Part shown: piece after piece, positions 6,929 through 14,097 of the stretch
Layout of the letters: every line of letters starts with the position of its first letter
How positions within the stretch are numbered: position 1 is the first letter of the stretch
The notes under the pieces: model-generated
Seen by the model: the letters and a program-made list of their open reading frames with translations, nothing else
Database searches by the model: none
What the model was told of the DNA's origin: nothing
DNA from: Clostridia bacterium
GTDB taxonomy: Bacteria; Bacillota; Clostridia; Christensenellales; UBA1242
Reading direction: 5' to 3'
DNA length: 33,406 bases
NCBI GenBank assembly: GCA_028702545.1
Contig: JAQVOQ010000002.1
Span: 1 to 33,406 of the forward strand
Translations under genes and position numbers: made by a program

Positions 6929-7747
6929 CTATTTATTATTTGTAGGATTGCGCCATATAACTTTTGCACTATTAGGTGAAGAATTTTTGTTTATATTAGT
7001 GCTGTTTTGATTTTGTTTAGCACCACTAGTATCTTTTTTTAGGCATAAATACCAATCTGGGCAATAAACATTATTATCTATAATATTTCTTTTTCTGCGG
7101 TCAATATCTCCATCTATTGTCATAGGAGGAGGTAGTATTATATCATCACCAGGCATCCAGTTTGCAGGAATATGAACATTTTCGGTGTCGTGCTTTATAA
7201 CAGCTGTTACAAGACGCCTAATTTCTTCTCCGGACTTGCCTACTTCTCTTGGGTAAATTTGAATAGCTCTAATTTTTCCGTTAGGGTCAATCAAAAAACC
7301 ACCTCTTACTGTTTCCGTCTTAGTTTCACCTCTTCTTAAAAGCCCGTATCTGCGAGCAATTTCCATACTGCTATCTGATATTAGAGGAAAAGTAATTATG
7401 GTATTTTTAAAATCTAAATACTCCATATTATAAATACTCTCAAGCCAAGCAACATGAGAAAACATAGAATCTATGCTTAATGCAACTATTTCTACATTTA
7501 ACTTTTTATAAAATTCTTCACTTTCCATAAGTTCAAATAGTTCTGTTGTGGCAACGGGTCCAAAGTCGGCAGGATATGAATAAAACAAAACCCATTTACC
7601 CTTGTAATCAGCTGGGAAATTAATTGGACCTTTTGTAGACTCGGCTTTAAAAGGTGGAGCTGGTTCTCCTATTAAGGGCAAAGTGTAGATAGGTGGTATT
7701 TGATAAGTATCCTGAGCGTTTATGTTTTTTTTATTTTTTTCATCCAT
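6929..7747 (-). CDS. peroxiredoxin-like protein lacking the peroxidatic Cys (PADFGPVATTE)
   Basis: ORF-track ORF trimmed to the ATG at 7747, which has an AAGGAG RBS. Motifs are YSYPADFGPVATTE (Ala codon 7550-7552 in place of the peroxidatic Cys, Gly in place of Thr), TVRGGFLIDP and YCPDWYLC. It ends 18 nt upstream of paralog 6114..6911. Confidence 0.85.
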   Translation of the reverse strand: MDEKNKKNINAQDTYQIPPIYTLPLIGEPAPPFKAESTKGPINFPADYKGKWVLFYSYPADFGPVATTELFELMESEEFYKKLNVEIVALSIDSMFSHVAWLESIYNMEYLDFKNTIITFPLISDSSMEIARRYGLLRRGETKTETVRGGFLIDPNGKIRAIQIYPREVGKSGEEIRRLVTAVIKHDTENVHIPANWMPGDDIILPPPMTIDGDIDRRKRNIIDNNVYCPDWYLCLKKDTSGAKQNQNSTNINKNSSPNSAKVIWRNPTNNK

Positions 7748-7909
7748 AAAAAAACTCCTTTTTACTAAGTTATATATGAAAAAAGTATAAAAACAGTTAA
7801 CATAAAAATTAATATTGAGTAAAAAAGAGCCTAAAACAGCCTGTTTTGGTGCGAATCTTTTAAAAATGCACATTTTTTGATTAAATTAGTAGATTTATTT
7901 TCTAAAAAT

Positions 7910-7918
7910 TGGTACAAT
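7910..7918 (+). promoter_or_regulatory. extended -10 promoter element for hup
   Basis: TGgTACAAT lies 32 nt upstream of the hup ATG. No good -35 element. Confidence 0.45.
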
Positions 7919-7949
7919 TAATTATCAAAAATTTTTTTTGGAGGAAATT

Positions 7950-8222
7950 ATGAATAAAGGACAATTTGTAAAATCATTAGCTGAAAAAGCAGATTTAACA
8001 GCAAAACAAGCAGATGTAGCTTATAAAGCATTTGTAGAAACAGTGGTTGAGGAATTAAAAAAAGGTGAAAAAGTTCAATTAGTTGGCTTTGGTACTTTTG
8101 AATTACAACATAGACCAGCAAGAGAGGCTTTCAATCCTTTAACAGGTCAAAAAGTTAAAGTTGCAGCATCTAATGCACCAAAATTAAAAATAGGAAAAAG
8201 TTTTAAAGAATTATTTAACTAA
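7950..8222 (+). CDS. hup: HU family DNA-binding protein
   Basis: 90 aa: MNKGQFVKSLAEK...VQLVGFGTFE...NPLTGQKVKV...KIGKSFKE. The GGAGGA RBS at 7940-7945 supports the ATG at 7950 rather than the TTG at 7938. Confidence 0.9.
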   Translation: MNKGQFVKSLAEKADLTAKQADVAYKAFVETVVEELKKGEKVQLVGFGTFELQHRPAREAFNPLTGQKVKVAASNAPKLKIGKSFKELFN

Positions 8223-8238
8223 AAATTAAATAAAAAAT

Positions 8239-8264
8239 GTGTGGCATTTGCCACACTTTTTTTT
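8239..8264 (+). terminator. intrinsic terminator after hup
   Basis: GTGTGGC (8239-8245) pairs with GCCACAC (8250-8256), loop ATTT, followed by T8. Confidence 0.85.
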
Positions 8265-8343
8265 ATGCATTTTTTAAAATATTATTAACAAAATTAAATT
8301 TATATGTTAAAATAATAAGCATTATAAATAAGAGGTGTAAAAG

Positions 8344-8769
8344 ATGGCAAGAAACGAAAACATACAAAGAACTTATATTATGCTAAAACCAGATGCGTAC
8401 AAAAGAAAATTGATGGGCGAAATTATTGGACGCATAGAAAAAAAAGGTTTTAAAATTACCGCTATGAAAATGATGACATTAAATGATAAAGTTTTAAAAG
8501 AACATTATTCACATATTGCAGATCAACCATTTTTTCCAGAAATTGAAGACTTTATGACCTCAGCACCAGTGGTTGGAATGATAGTAGAAGGTAGTGATGT
8601 AATAACTGGAATGAGGCGCTTGATGGGTCCAACACATTGGACAGAAGCGCAACCCGGCACAATTAGAGGCGACTATTCTTGCATTATTGGGGAAAATTTA
8701 ATTCACGGATCTGATAGTATTGATGGCGCAGAAGAAGAGATTGAAAGGTTCTTTGGCAAAAATGCTTAA
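8344..8769 (+). CDS. ndk: nucleoside diphosphate kinase
   Basis: 141 aa with the YIMLKPDA start, NLIHGSD active-site His and GTIRGDY. AGAGGTG RBS. Confidence 0.95.
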   Translation: MARNENIQRTYIMLKPDAYKRKLMGEIIGRIEKKGFKITAMKMMTLNDKVLKEHYSHIADQPFFPEIEDFMTSAPVVGMIVEGSDVITGMRRLMGPTHWTEAQPGTIRGDYSCIIGENLIHGSDSIDGAEEEIERFFGKNA

Positions 8770-8780
8770 TTTAATAATTT

Positions 8781-8808
8781 AAAAAGCAGTTATTTAAACT
8801 GCTTTTTT
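8781..8808 (+). terminator. intrinsic terminator after ndk
   Basis: AGCAGT (8785-8790) pairs with ACTGCT (8798-8803), followed by a T run. Confidence 0.8.
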
Positions 8809-8820
8809 ATAAAATGCATA

Positions 8821-8849
8821 TTGAAATTTGATATTTTATATGTTATAAT
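8821..8849 (+). promoter_or_regulatory. sigma-A promoter of the three-paralog operon
   Basis: TTGAAA (8821-8826) is followed by a 17-nt spacer and TGtTATAAT (TATAAT at 8844-8849). Confidence 0.7.
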
Positions 8850-8886
8850 TTGTGAATAAATAACTAAAGGCAGGGACTTGAGTTTT

Positions 8887-9906
8887 ATGCAAATAAAAAA
8901 AATAAAAGCATCAGGCGAGTTTAGGCACCGTTACATACAAATTAATGATGCAATATATACATTTAATCAAGCATTAATATCTTTTGCTAAAAAAGCAGAT
9001 GAAATTAGAAAAGTTCATTATTCAATGGATATCAAAAATGAAATACCGGTTACCGCTAAGTTCATTTATCCATCTGTTGAAGTTATGCAAAAAGAGATAG
9101 ATGCCAACATTAAAAATATAATTGAAAACTTGCATTTAAAAGCAAGTGATAAACAAATAGACGAGTTTTTTTCAGTATATAAATTACAAGATTACTTTTC
9201 AAATAAACTAACATACAGTATGTTAGCACAAGAAGAAAGAGGATATCAGTTCGAAGACAATAACTATTATATGAGTGCTATAAAATATAATAGGGATAAG
9301 CTTAGGTCGTTTAATTTAAAACCAGCGCCAGCACCGCAAGAAAGAAAGTTGTATAGAATTCAAAAACATAAAATTTATGAAGAGATGTCAAATGAAAATG
9401 AGTTTATAAAAAGCAATGTTCCTTTTAATCAAATAAATTATTTAAAAGGCTTATATAATGTATTTGTAAGAGAAAATGGAGTATGTTCGGAATTTTCTAA
9501 CGCATTTAGTTACATTTTAAACAAGATAGATATAGTAAGTTACAAAGTTTTGGTAAGTAAATTTATAAATAATACAGAGCTGTTCCACGCTTATAATTTA
9601 ATTGAGTTTGTAACAAAAGGACAAAAAAAATATTATGCTTGTGATTTAACCAGAAGCGTTTGTAACAAAGAAAAATACAATAATTTAAAAGTTAAAAATA
9701 GAATTCTAGGTTTTGGAATGGGAAGTGACCAATTAGAAGATACCAACAACTCTAAAATTCTATCTATTCAAAAATATGGCGAAAATTTACAAAAAGAATT
9801 TTTTCCACAAGTAGAAGAAGACATTTTAATAAACGATTTATCCGAAAGGTTGATAGAAAAACTTTTAAAAACTAATGATTTAGTTGAAGAGAAGGAAATA
9901 AATTAA
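8887..9906 (+). CDS. transglutaminase-like (Cys-His-Asp papain-fold) protein, paralog 1
   Basis: The ATG at 8887 is preferred: the TTG at 8878 abuts the RBS, and MQIKKIK parallels MEIKKVV of paralog 2. Core is NGVCSEFSNAF (Cys codon 9484-9486) ... FHAYNLIEF ... YYACDLT. No signal peptide. Confidence 0.75.
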   Translation: MQIKKIKASGEFRHRYIQINDAIYTFNQALISFAKKADEIRKVHYSMDIKNEIPVTAKFIYPSVEVMQKEIDANIKNIIENLHLKASDKQIDEFFSVYKLQDYFSNKLTYSMLAQEERGYQFEDNNYYMSAIKYNRDKLRSFNLKPAPAPQERKLYRIQKHKIYEEMSNENEFIKSNVPFNQINYLKGLYNVFVRENGVCSEFSNAFSYILNKIDIVSYKVLVSKFINNTELFHAYNLIEFVTKGQKKYYACDLTRSVCNKEKYNNLKVKNRILGFGMGSDQLEDTNNSKILSIQKYGENLQKEFFPQVEEDILINDLSERLIEKLLKTNDLVEEKEIN

Positions 9907-11003
9907 TGGAAATTAAAAAAGTTGTAACTGATAAGTTTTATAAAAATCAATATATTAATTTTGGTGGAAATATTTTTGAAATTAATTATTTTAAAGCGAT
10001 GAACCCATCATTAATTGGTGCGTTAGAAGAGGTTGAGGCAATATTAAAAAATTCTAAAGACAATTTAAAGGCGGCAAAATTTATAGAAAAAATAACCTTT
10101 AAGCCTTTTCCATCTAATAAAAAAATGATAGAAACTATTAATAAAAAATGCGAAAGTATTTGTGATTTTTTACAGTTAAATGAAATAAAAGGTGAGGATG
10201 CTAAAATAGTAAAATCACTCGTATTATTTAATTATCTTTCAAAAAATACAAGATATAATATGACCGTGCAAGAGTCGATAGATATTGATAATTTTGAAAA
10301 AATAATTAATAAAATGGAAAATAAACTAATTAAACTAAAAGAAGAACATCAAAATTTAGAAATTCTTAAAAATCTAATGGAAGATAAAAATGATAAAAAA
10401 ATTCTTTCAGCACAAATTGAGCATGTAAAAAAAGATTTTATATCACTATCAAACCAAAGCAATAAGTGTCTTATAGAGTTTTTGAATGAATTTTATATAA
10501 AAGCCATCTATAGCACTTTAATATATAATCAAGGTGTTTGCTCAGGATTTAGTTATACATATCAACTTTTATTAAAAACTGCAGGCATCAATGCATTTTC
10601 GTTAGAAGCATATAAAGAAGGTGAAGCTACGGGGCATGCATTTAACTTACTAGAATTTAAACAGGGAAATAAAACAACTTATCATATAGCGGATGTAACC
10701 TCGGCAATTGCGCAAGGTTCAAAAGATAGTAAAACAATTTTAAAGTCTTTTAGTATACCAAAAGAAAAGTATTTTTATATGATTAATCAAAATGTAGCGA
10801 CAATAAAAAAATTATCAAGTCTTAAAAAAGATTCGCGAACTACATTTTTTGAAAATATCTATACCTCAACTTTATGTGGCTTAATATATAACAAGATAAA
10901 TAATAAAGAAGTATTAGAAAAACAAAAATTAAAAGCACTAATTTTTATTGACAAGCATAGCAAAATTAAAGAGCAAATATTAAACGATGAAATAATAAAA
11001 TAA
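9906..11003 (+). CDS. transglutaminase-like (Cys-His-Asp) protein, paralog 2
   Basis: Its start overlaps the upstream stop (TAATG at 9904-9908). Core is QGVCSGFSYTY (Cys codon 10539-10541) ... GHAFNLLEF ... YHIADVT. The N-terminal half is helical. Confidence 0.8.
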   Translation: MEIKKVVTDKFYKNQYINFGGNIFEINYFKAMNPSLIGALEEVEAILKNSKDNLKAAKFIEKITFKPFPSNKKMIETINKKCESICDFLQLNEIKGEDAKIVKSLVLFNYLSKNTRYNMTVQESIDIDNFEKIINKMENKLIKLKEEHQNLEILKNLMEDKNDKKILSAQIEHVKKDFISLSNQSNKCLIEFLNEFYIKAIYSTLIYNQGVCSGFSYTYQLLLKTAGINAFSLEAYKEGEATGHAFNLLEFKQGNKTTYHIADVTSAIAQGSKDSKTILKSFSIPKEKYFYMINQNVATIKKLSSLKKDSRTTFFENIYTSTLCGLIYNKINNKEVLEKQKLKALIFIDKHSKIKEQILNDEIIK

Positions 11004-11035
11004 ATATTGAAATGTAAACTTGAGGGGAAAAAAAT

Positions 11036-12154
11036 ATGAAGCAAGAAGAAAAAGTAATACCAGTAGTAGCTGACGAATTTTACAAAGATTCTTATGTCGG
11101 TATAGGATATGATATTTTTGAGTCACAATATGCACTAGATAGGTATCCCGAGCATCAAGAAGCAATTTTAAAAGCTATTGAAGTAGTTAAACCTGCAAAA
11201 AATGTTATAAAATTGACATATAGGGCTTTTCCAAGCAATAATAAAATGATAGAAATTTTATTGAATAAGCGTGAAACAATTTATAAAAACTTGAATTTAG
11301 ATAAGATTGTTGGCAAAGGTTCGGATATAATAAAAGCATGGGTTTTATATGATTATATATCTTTAGGTTTGTTTTATAATATGGCAACTATGGAAGAAGT
11401 TGTAACAAAAATAAAAGGCGTTGAAAAAATATCTGAGACTTACGAAGAGTCATTTAAAAAACAAAATTTATTTGCTAAACTTTATAAATTAGCAAAAACA
11501 GAAGAAGAAAAACTTAAAATAGCTACTATGTGGGAAAAATTAGGAAGAAAAATATCAAATATTGAAACAGATTATTACAAAAAAGAAACTCAAGCGGATA
11601 ACCGTACTTATTTAAGACAACTTTATAGCGCACTTATAAGAGGCAAAGGAGTTTGTGCCGAGTTTAGTTATGTTTATCAATTTTTACTAGAAGGAATTGG
11701 CATAAAAAGTATATATACTATAATTTATGCGGAGGGTTCTAAATTTGCGCATGCAATTAATTTAGTTGAATTTAAAAAAGATAACAAAAAAGCATATTAT
11801 ATTGTAGATCTTACTGCGGGCAGTTCTTACGCTAAATCGTGCGAGGGCTCATATTTTAATTATCATGGTTTTGCAGTACCAAAAGATAAATATTTTGCTT
11901 TAGAAGATAATACGCAAAAGATTTGTGCAGCGGGTTATTTTAATGGATTAGATATTGATTTAAATAAAAAAATAGTAAAATTTTCATCAAGAGAATCAAC
12001 TATGGAAATACTAAGAAGAAAGATTGTAAATACTTTTGATTTCCAAAAGGAATATGAAAAAGCTGCAAGATTTTCACTATCAAGTTATTCTGAATTTGGT
12101 ACGGGCAAAACTAAAGAGCCTCAAAAAGAATATAAACAACAAGAAATTTTATAA
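11036..12154 (+). CDS. transglutaminase-like (Cys-His-Asp) protein, paralog 3
   Basis: GAGGGGA RBS. Core is KGVCAEFSYVY (Cys codon 11654-11656) ... AHAINLVEF ... YYIVDLT. The N-terminal motif FYKDSYVGIGYDIFE parallels FYKNQYINFGGNIFE of paralog 2. Confidence 0.8.
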   Translation: MKQEEKVIPVVADEFYKDSYVGIGYDIFESQYALDRYPEHQEAILKAIEVVKPAKNVIKLTYRAFPSNNKMIEILLNKRETIYKNLNLDKIVGKGSDIIKAWVLYDYISLGLFYNMATMEEVVTKIKGVEKISETYEESFKKQNLFAKLYKLAKTEEEKLKIATMWEKLGRKISNIETDYYKKETQADNRTYLRQLYSALIRGKGVCAEFSYVYQFLLEGIGIKSIYTIIYAEGSKFAHAINLVEFKKDNKKAYYIVDLTAGSSYAKSCEGSYFNYHGFAVPKDKYFALEDNTQKICAAGYFNGLDIDLNKKIVKFSSRESTMEILRRKIVNTFDFQKEYEKAARFSLSSYSEFGTGKTKEPQKEYKQQEIL

Positions 12155-12181
12155 AAAATGGCTAATATAGCCATTTTTTTA
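12153..12181 (+). terminator. intrinsic terminator after paralog 3
   Basis: ATGGCTA (12158-12164) pairs with TAGCCAT (12168-12174), followed by T7. Confidence 0.8.
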
Positions 12182-12314
12182 TTGTTAAAATTAGGAAAAT
12201 GTGGATAGATAAAAAATGCATAAATTAGTGTAAAAAACACAAAATAAAAGTAGAAAAATGTCATAATTTAATATGAATTTTTCTAATAATTAACTAAGTA
12301 AGGAGGGATTAATC

Positions 12315-12443
12315 ATGGCAAATCAATATAGAAAAAATCAATATAACAGAAGTTCTAATTCAAAAGCCGTTCGAGTAGCAGGTTATACCAGAAAGGACGG
12401 AACAAGAGTAGCAGGTTATACTAGAAGTATGCCTAATAGCTAA
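12315..12443 (+). CDS. 42-aa highly basic protein with a tandem RVAGYTR repeat (not in the ORF track)
   Basis: AAGGAGGGA RBS (12300-12308) lies 6 nt before the ATG. Translation: MANQYRKNQYNRSSNSKAVRVAGYTRKDGTRVAGYTRSMPNS. A strong terminator follows, and TGtCATAAT sits upstream at 12259-12267. Confidence 0.6.
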   Translation: MANQYRKNQYNRSSNSKAVRVAGYTRKDGTRVAGYTRSMPNS

Positions 12444-12485
12444 TTTTTTAATGTAATAATTGTTCAACATTATTTTTAACAAAAA

Positions 12486-12518
12486 CAACACCCTTTATTT
12501 TAAAAGGGTGTTGTTTTT
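12486..12518 (+). terminator. intrinsic terminator after the small basic ORF
   Basis: An 11-bp stem pairs CAACACCCTTT (12486-12496) with AAAGGGTGTTG (12503-12513), followed by T5. Confidence 0.85.
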
Positions 12519-12539
12519 ATGAATGTTATATGGTATAAT
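12511..12539 (+). promoter_or_regulatory. promoter of the second HD-GYP gene
   Basis: TTGTTT (12511-12516) is followed by a 17-nt spacer and TGgTATAAT (TATAAT at 12534-12539). Confidence 0.6.
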
Positions 12540-12576
12540 TTAACAGTTTATTATACATTACTATTAAGGAGAAACT

Positions 12577-13266
12577 ATGAACAATAATATAATAAGCGTA
12601 ATAAAAGACTATGATAACTACGCGACAATAACGAAAGAATATGATAATTACTTGCAATCAATTCAACAAACTACGCCAAAATATTTAAATGCAATAATAA
12701 TTATGGCGGTAGAAAAAGTTATGAGAATTCACAGTTTAGAAACATATAATCATGCCGAAAATATGATTAAAATTGTAACGCCTTTAGCTAAAGCACTTAA
12801 TTTAAGCAAAGAGGATTCAAAAAAGATAAAACTAATCGCAAAATTGCATGATATTGGTAAACTTTCAATAAGTCAAAGTATTTTAAACAAAAAATCACCA
12901 CTTGATGATAAAGAGTGGAATATTATTAAAACTCATCCTGTTGAATCATACAAAATAGTAAGGTGCATTGATTGCTCCATAGATGTGGCAAAAGATATTT
13001 TGCATCACCACGAGCGCTATGATGGCACAGGATACCCCAATAAATTAAAAGGTGAGGAAATACCATACTTGTCAAGAGTGATAGCTGTTGTTGATGCTTA
13101 TGAGGCTATGTTAAATGGAAGGATATATAAACAGCCAAGGCCAAATGCTGAGGTTATAGCTGAAATTAAGCATTGTTCGGGCACGCAATTTGACCCCAAT
13201 ATCGTAAAAGTTTTTGTAAAAACATTTGACAAACAAAAAAATAAAGAGGACTTTAAAAACCTTTAA
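12577..13266 (+). CDS. stand-alone HD-GYP domain phosphodiesterase (second copy)
   Basis: 229 aa with KLHDIGK and HHHERYDGTGYP. AAGGAG RBS at 12566-12571. Confidence 0.9.
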   Translation: MNNNIISVIKDYDNYATITKEYDNYLQSIQQTTPKYLNAIIIMAVEKVMRIHSLETYNHAENMIKIVTPLAKALNLSKEDSKKIKLIAKLHDIGKLSISQSILNKKSPLDDKEWNIIKTHPVESYKIVRCIDCSIDVAKDILHHHERYDGTGYPNKLKGEEIPYLSRVIAVVDAYEAMLNGRIYKQPRPNAEVIAEIKHCSGTQFDPNIVKVFVKTFDKQKNKEDFKNL

Positions 13267-13274
13267 TATATAAA

Positions 13275-13308
13275 ACAAAAAAACTAGACGCAAATGCCTA
13301 GTTTTTTT
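13275..13308. terminator. bidirectional intrinsic terminator (bulged hairpin)
   Basis: CTAG (13284-13287) pairs with CTAG (13298-13301), with an inner GC/GC pair and A/T-run flanks. It lies between convergent genes ending at 13266 and 13318. Confidence 0.55.
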
Positions 13309-13317
13309 GTTAGCTTA

Positions 13318-13980
13318 CTAAACTTCTTTATAACAAAGCCACCAGTCTTTGCATTCATATTTTCCTTCTTGCATACCGCTTAGCCTTGCATCAATTTGTT
13401 GATTTGATTGAGGAGGCGGATAAACCATAACATTTTTGCCAAGCCACAGGTTATTAGGAAAGTTCTCAGGTGCTGCCATTTTATATTTATCTGACATTTG
13501 AAGTGCGTTTAAAGACCTTAAGACCTCGTCAACACTCCTGCCAATTTCTGGCGGATAGGTCATGGTTAGTCTAATAACTCCTCTTGGATCAATTATAAAA
13601 AGTTTTCTTACAGTTTTAGCACCCTTTTTAGCATGAACCATGCCTAACTCTTTTGCAACATTTCCTAAGGGGTCTTCAATAATAGGAAAGGGCACAGCCG
13701 TATTAGCATTTTCTTCAATCCACTCCACCCATTTAAAATGTGGGCCTAATCCATCAACGCTTAAGCCTAAAAGGTTGGCACCTAGTGCTTTAAATTCATC
13801 CACTCTATTTGACATAGCAACAAATTCTGTAGTGCAAATAGGCGTGAAGTCGCCAGGATGACTAAATAAAATTAGCCATTTACCAGCATAATCCTGAGGT
13901 AAGTTTTTAATGCCATCGGTCGTGCTAACTTGCATTTGTGGCAGTTCATCGCCTAGCATTAACTGCTTTTCTTCGTTCAT
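13318..13980 (-). CDS. peroxiredoxin, Prx6-like with a canonical active site and C-terminal C-x5-C
   Basis: 220 aa with FSHPGDFTPICTTEF (intact PxxxTxxC), TVRKLFIIDP and the C-terminal YECKDWWLCYKEV. AGGAGA RBS. Confidence 0.9.
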   Translation of the reverse strand: MNEEKQLMLGDELPQMQVSTTDGIKNLPQDYAGKWLILFSHPGDFTPICTTEFVAMSNRVDEFKALGANLLGLSVDGLGPHFKWVEWIEENANTAVPFPIIEDPLGNVAKELGMVHAKKGAKTVRKLFIIDPRGVIRLTMTYPPEIGRSVDEVLRSLNALQMSDKYKMAAPENFPNNLWLGKNVMVYPPPQSNQQIDARLSGMQEGKYECKDWWLCYKEV

Positions 13981-14048
13981 ATATGTATTCTCCTAAAAAA
14001 AATTCTTACTAAATATTATATATTACTTTTGACTAAAGAATGTTAAAA

Positions 14049-14080
14049 TAAAAAAAGCCATAGTTTTTTTATTATGGCTT
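14049..14080 (-). terminator. intrinsic terminator after the anti-sigma gene
   Basis: AGCCATA (14056-14062) pairs with TATGGCT (14073-14079). On the minus strand the hairpin is followed by a U run (the complement of A51-A55). Confidence 0.7.
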
Positions 14081-14097
14081 GATTTAAGTGTTAAATA

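Noticed and set aside
10859-11387. Three short minus-strand ORFs (10859..11044, 10980..11165, 11205..11387)
   Set aside because: They are antisense to the transglutaminase-like paralogs and have hydrophobic, low-complexity translations and no RBS.
13111-13861. ORFs 13111..13293 (minus) and 13640..13861 (plus)
   Set aside because: They are antisense to the HD-GYP and peroxiredoxin genes, which have clear family motifs.
13981-14048. Search for a PerR/OxyR-type operator upstream of the canonical peroxiredoxin (and at 7748-7870)
   Set aside because: Only a TATAAT hexamer (14015-14020, minus strand) and AT-rich sequence are present. No convincing palindrome was seen.
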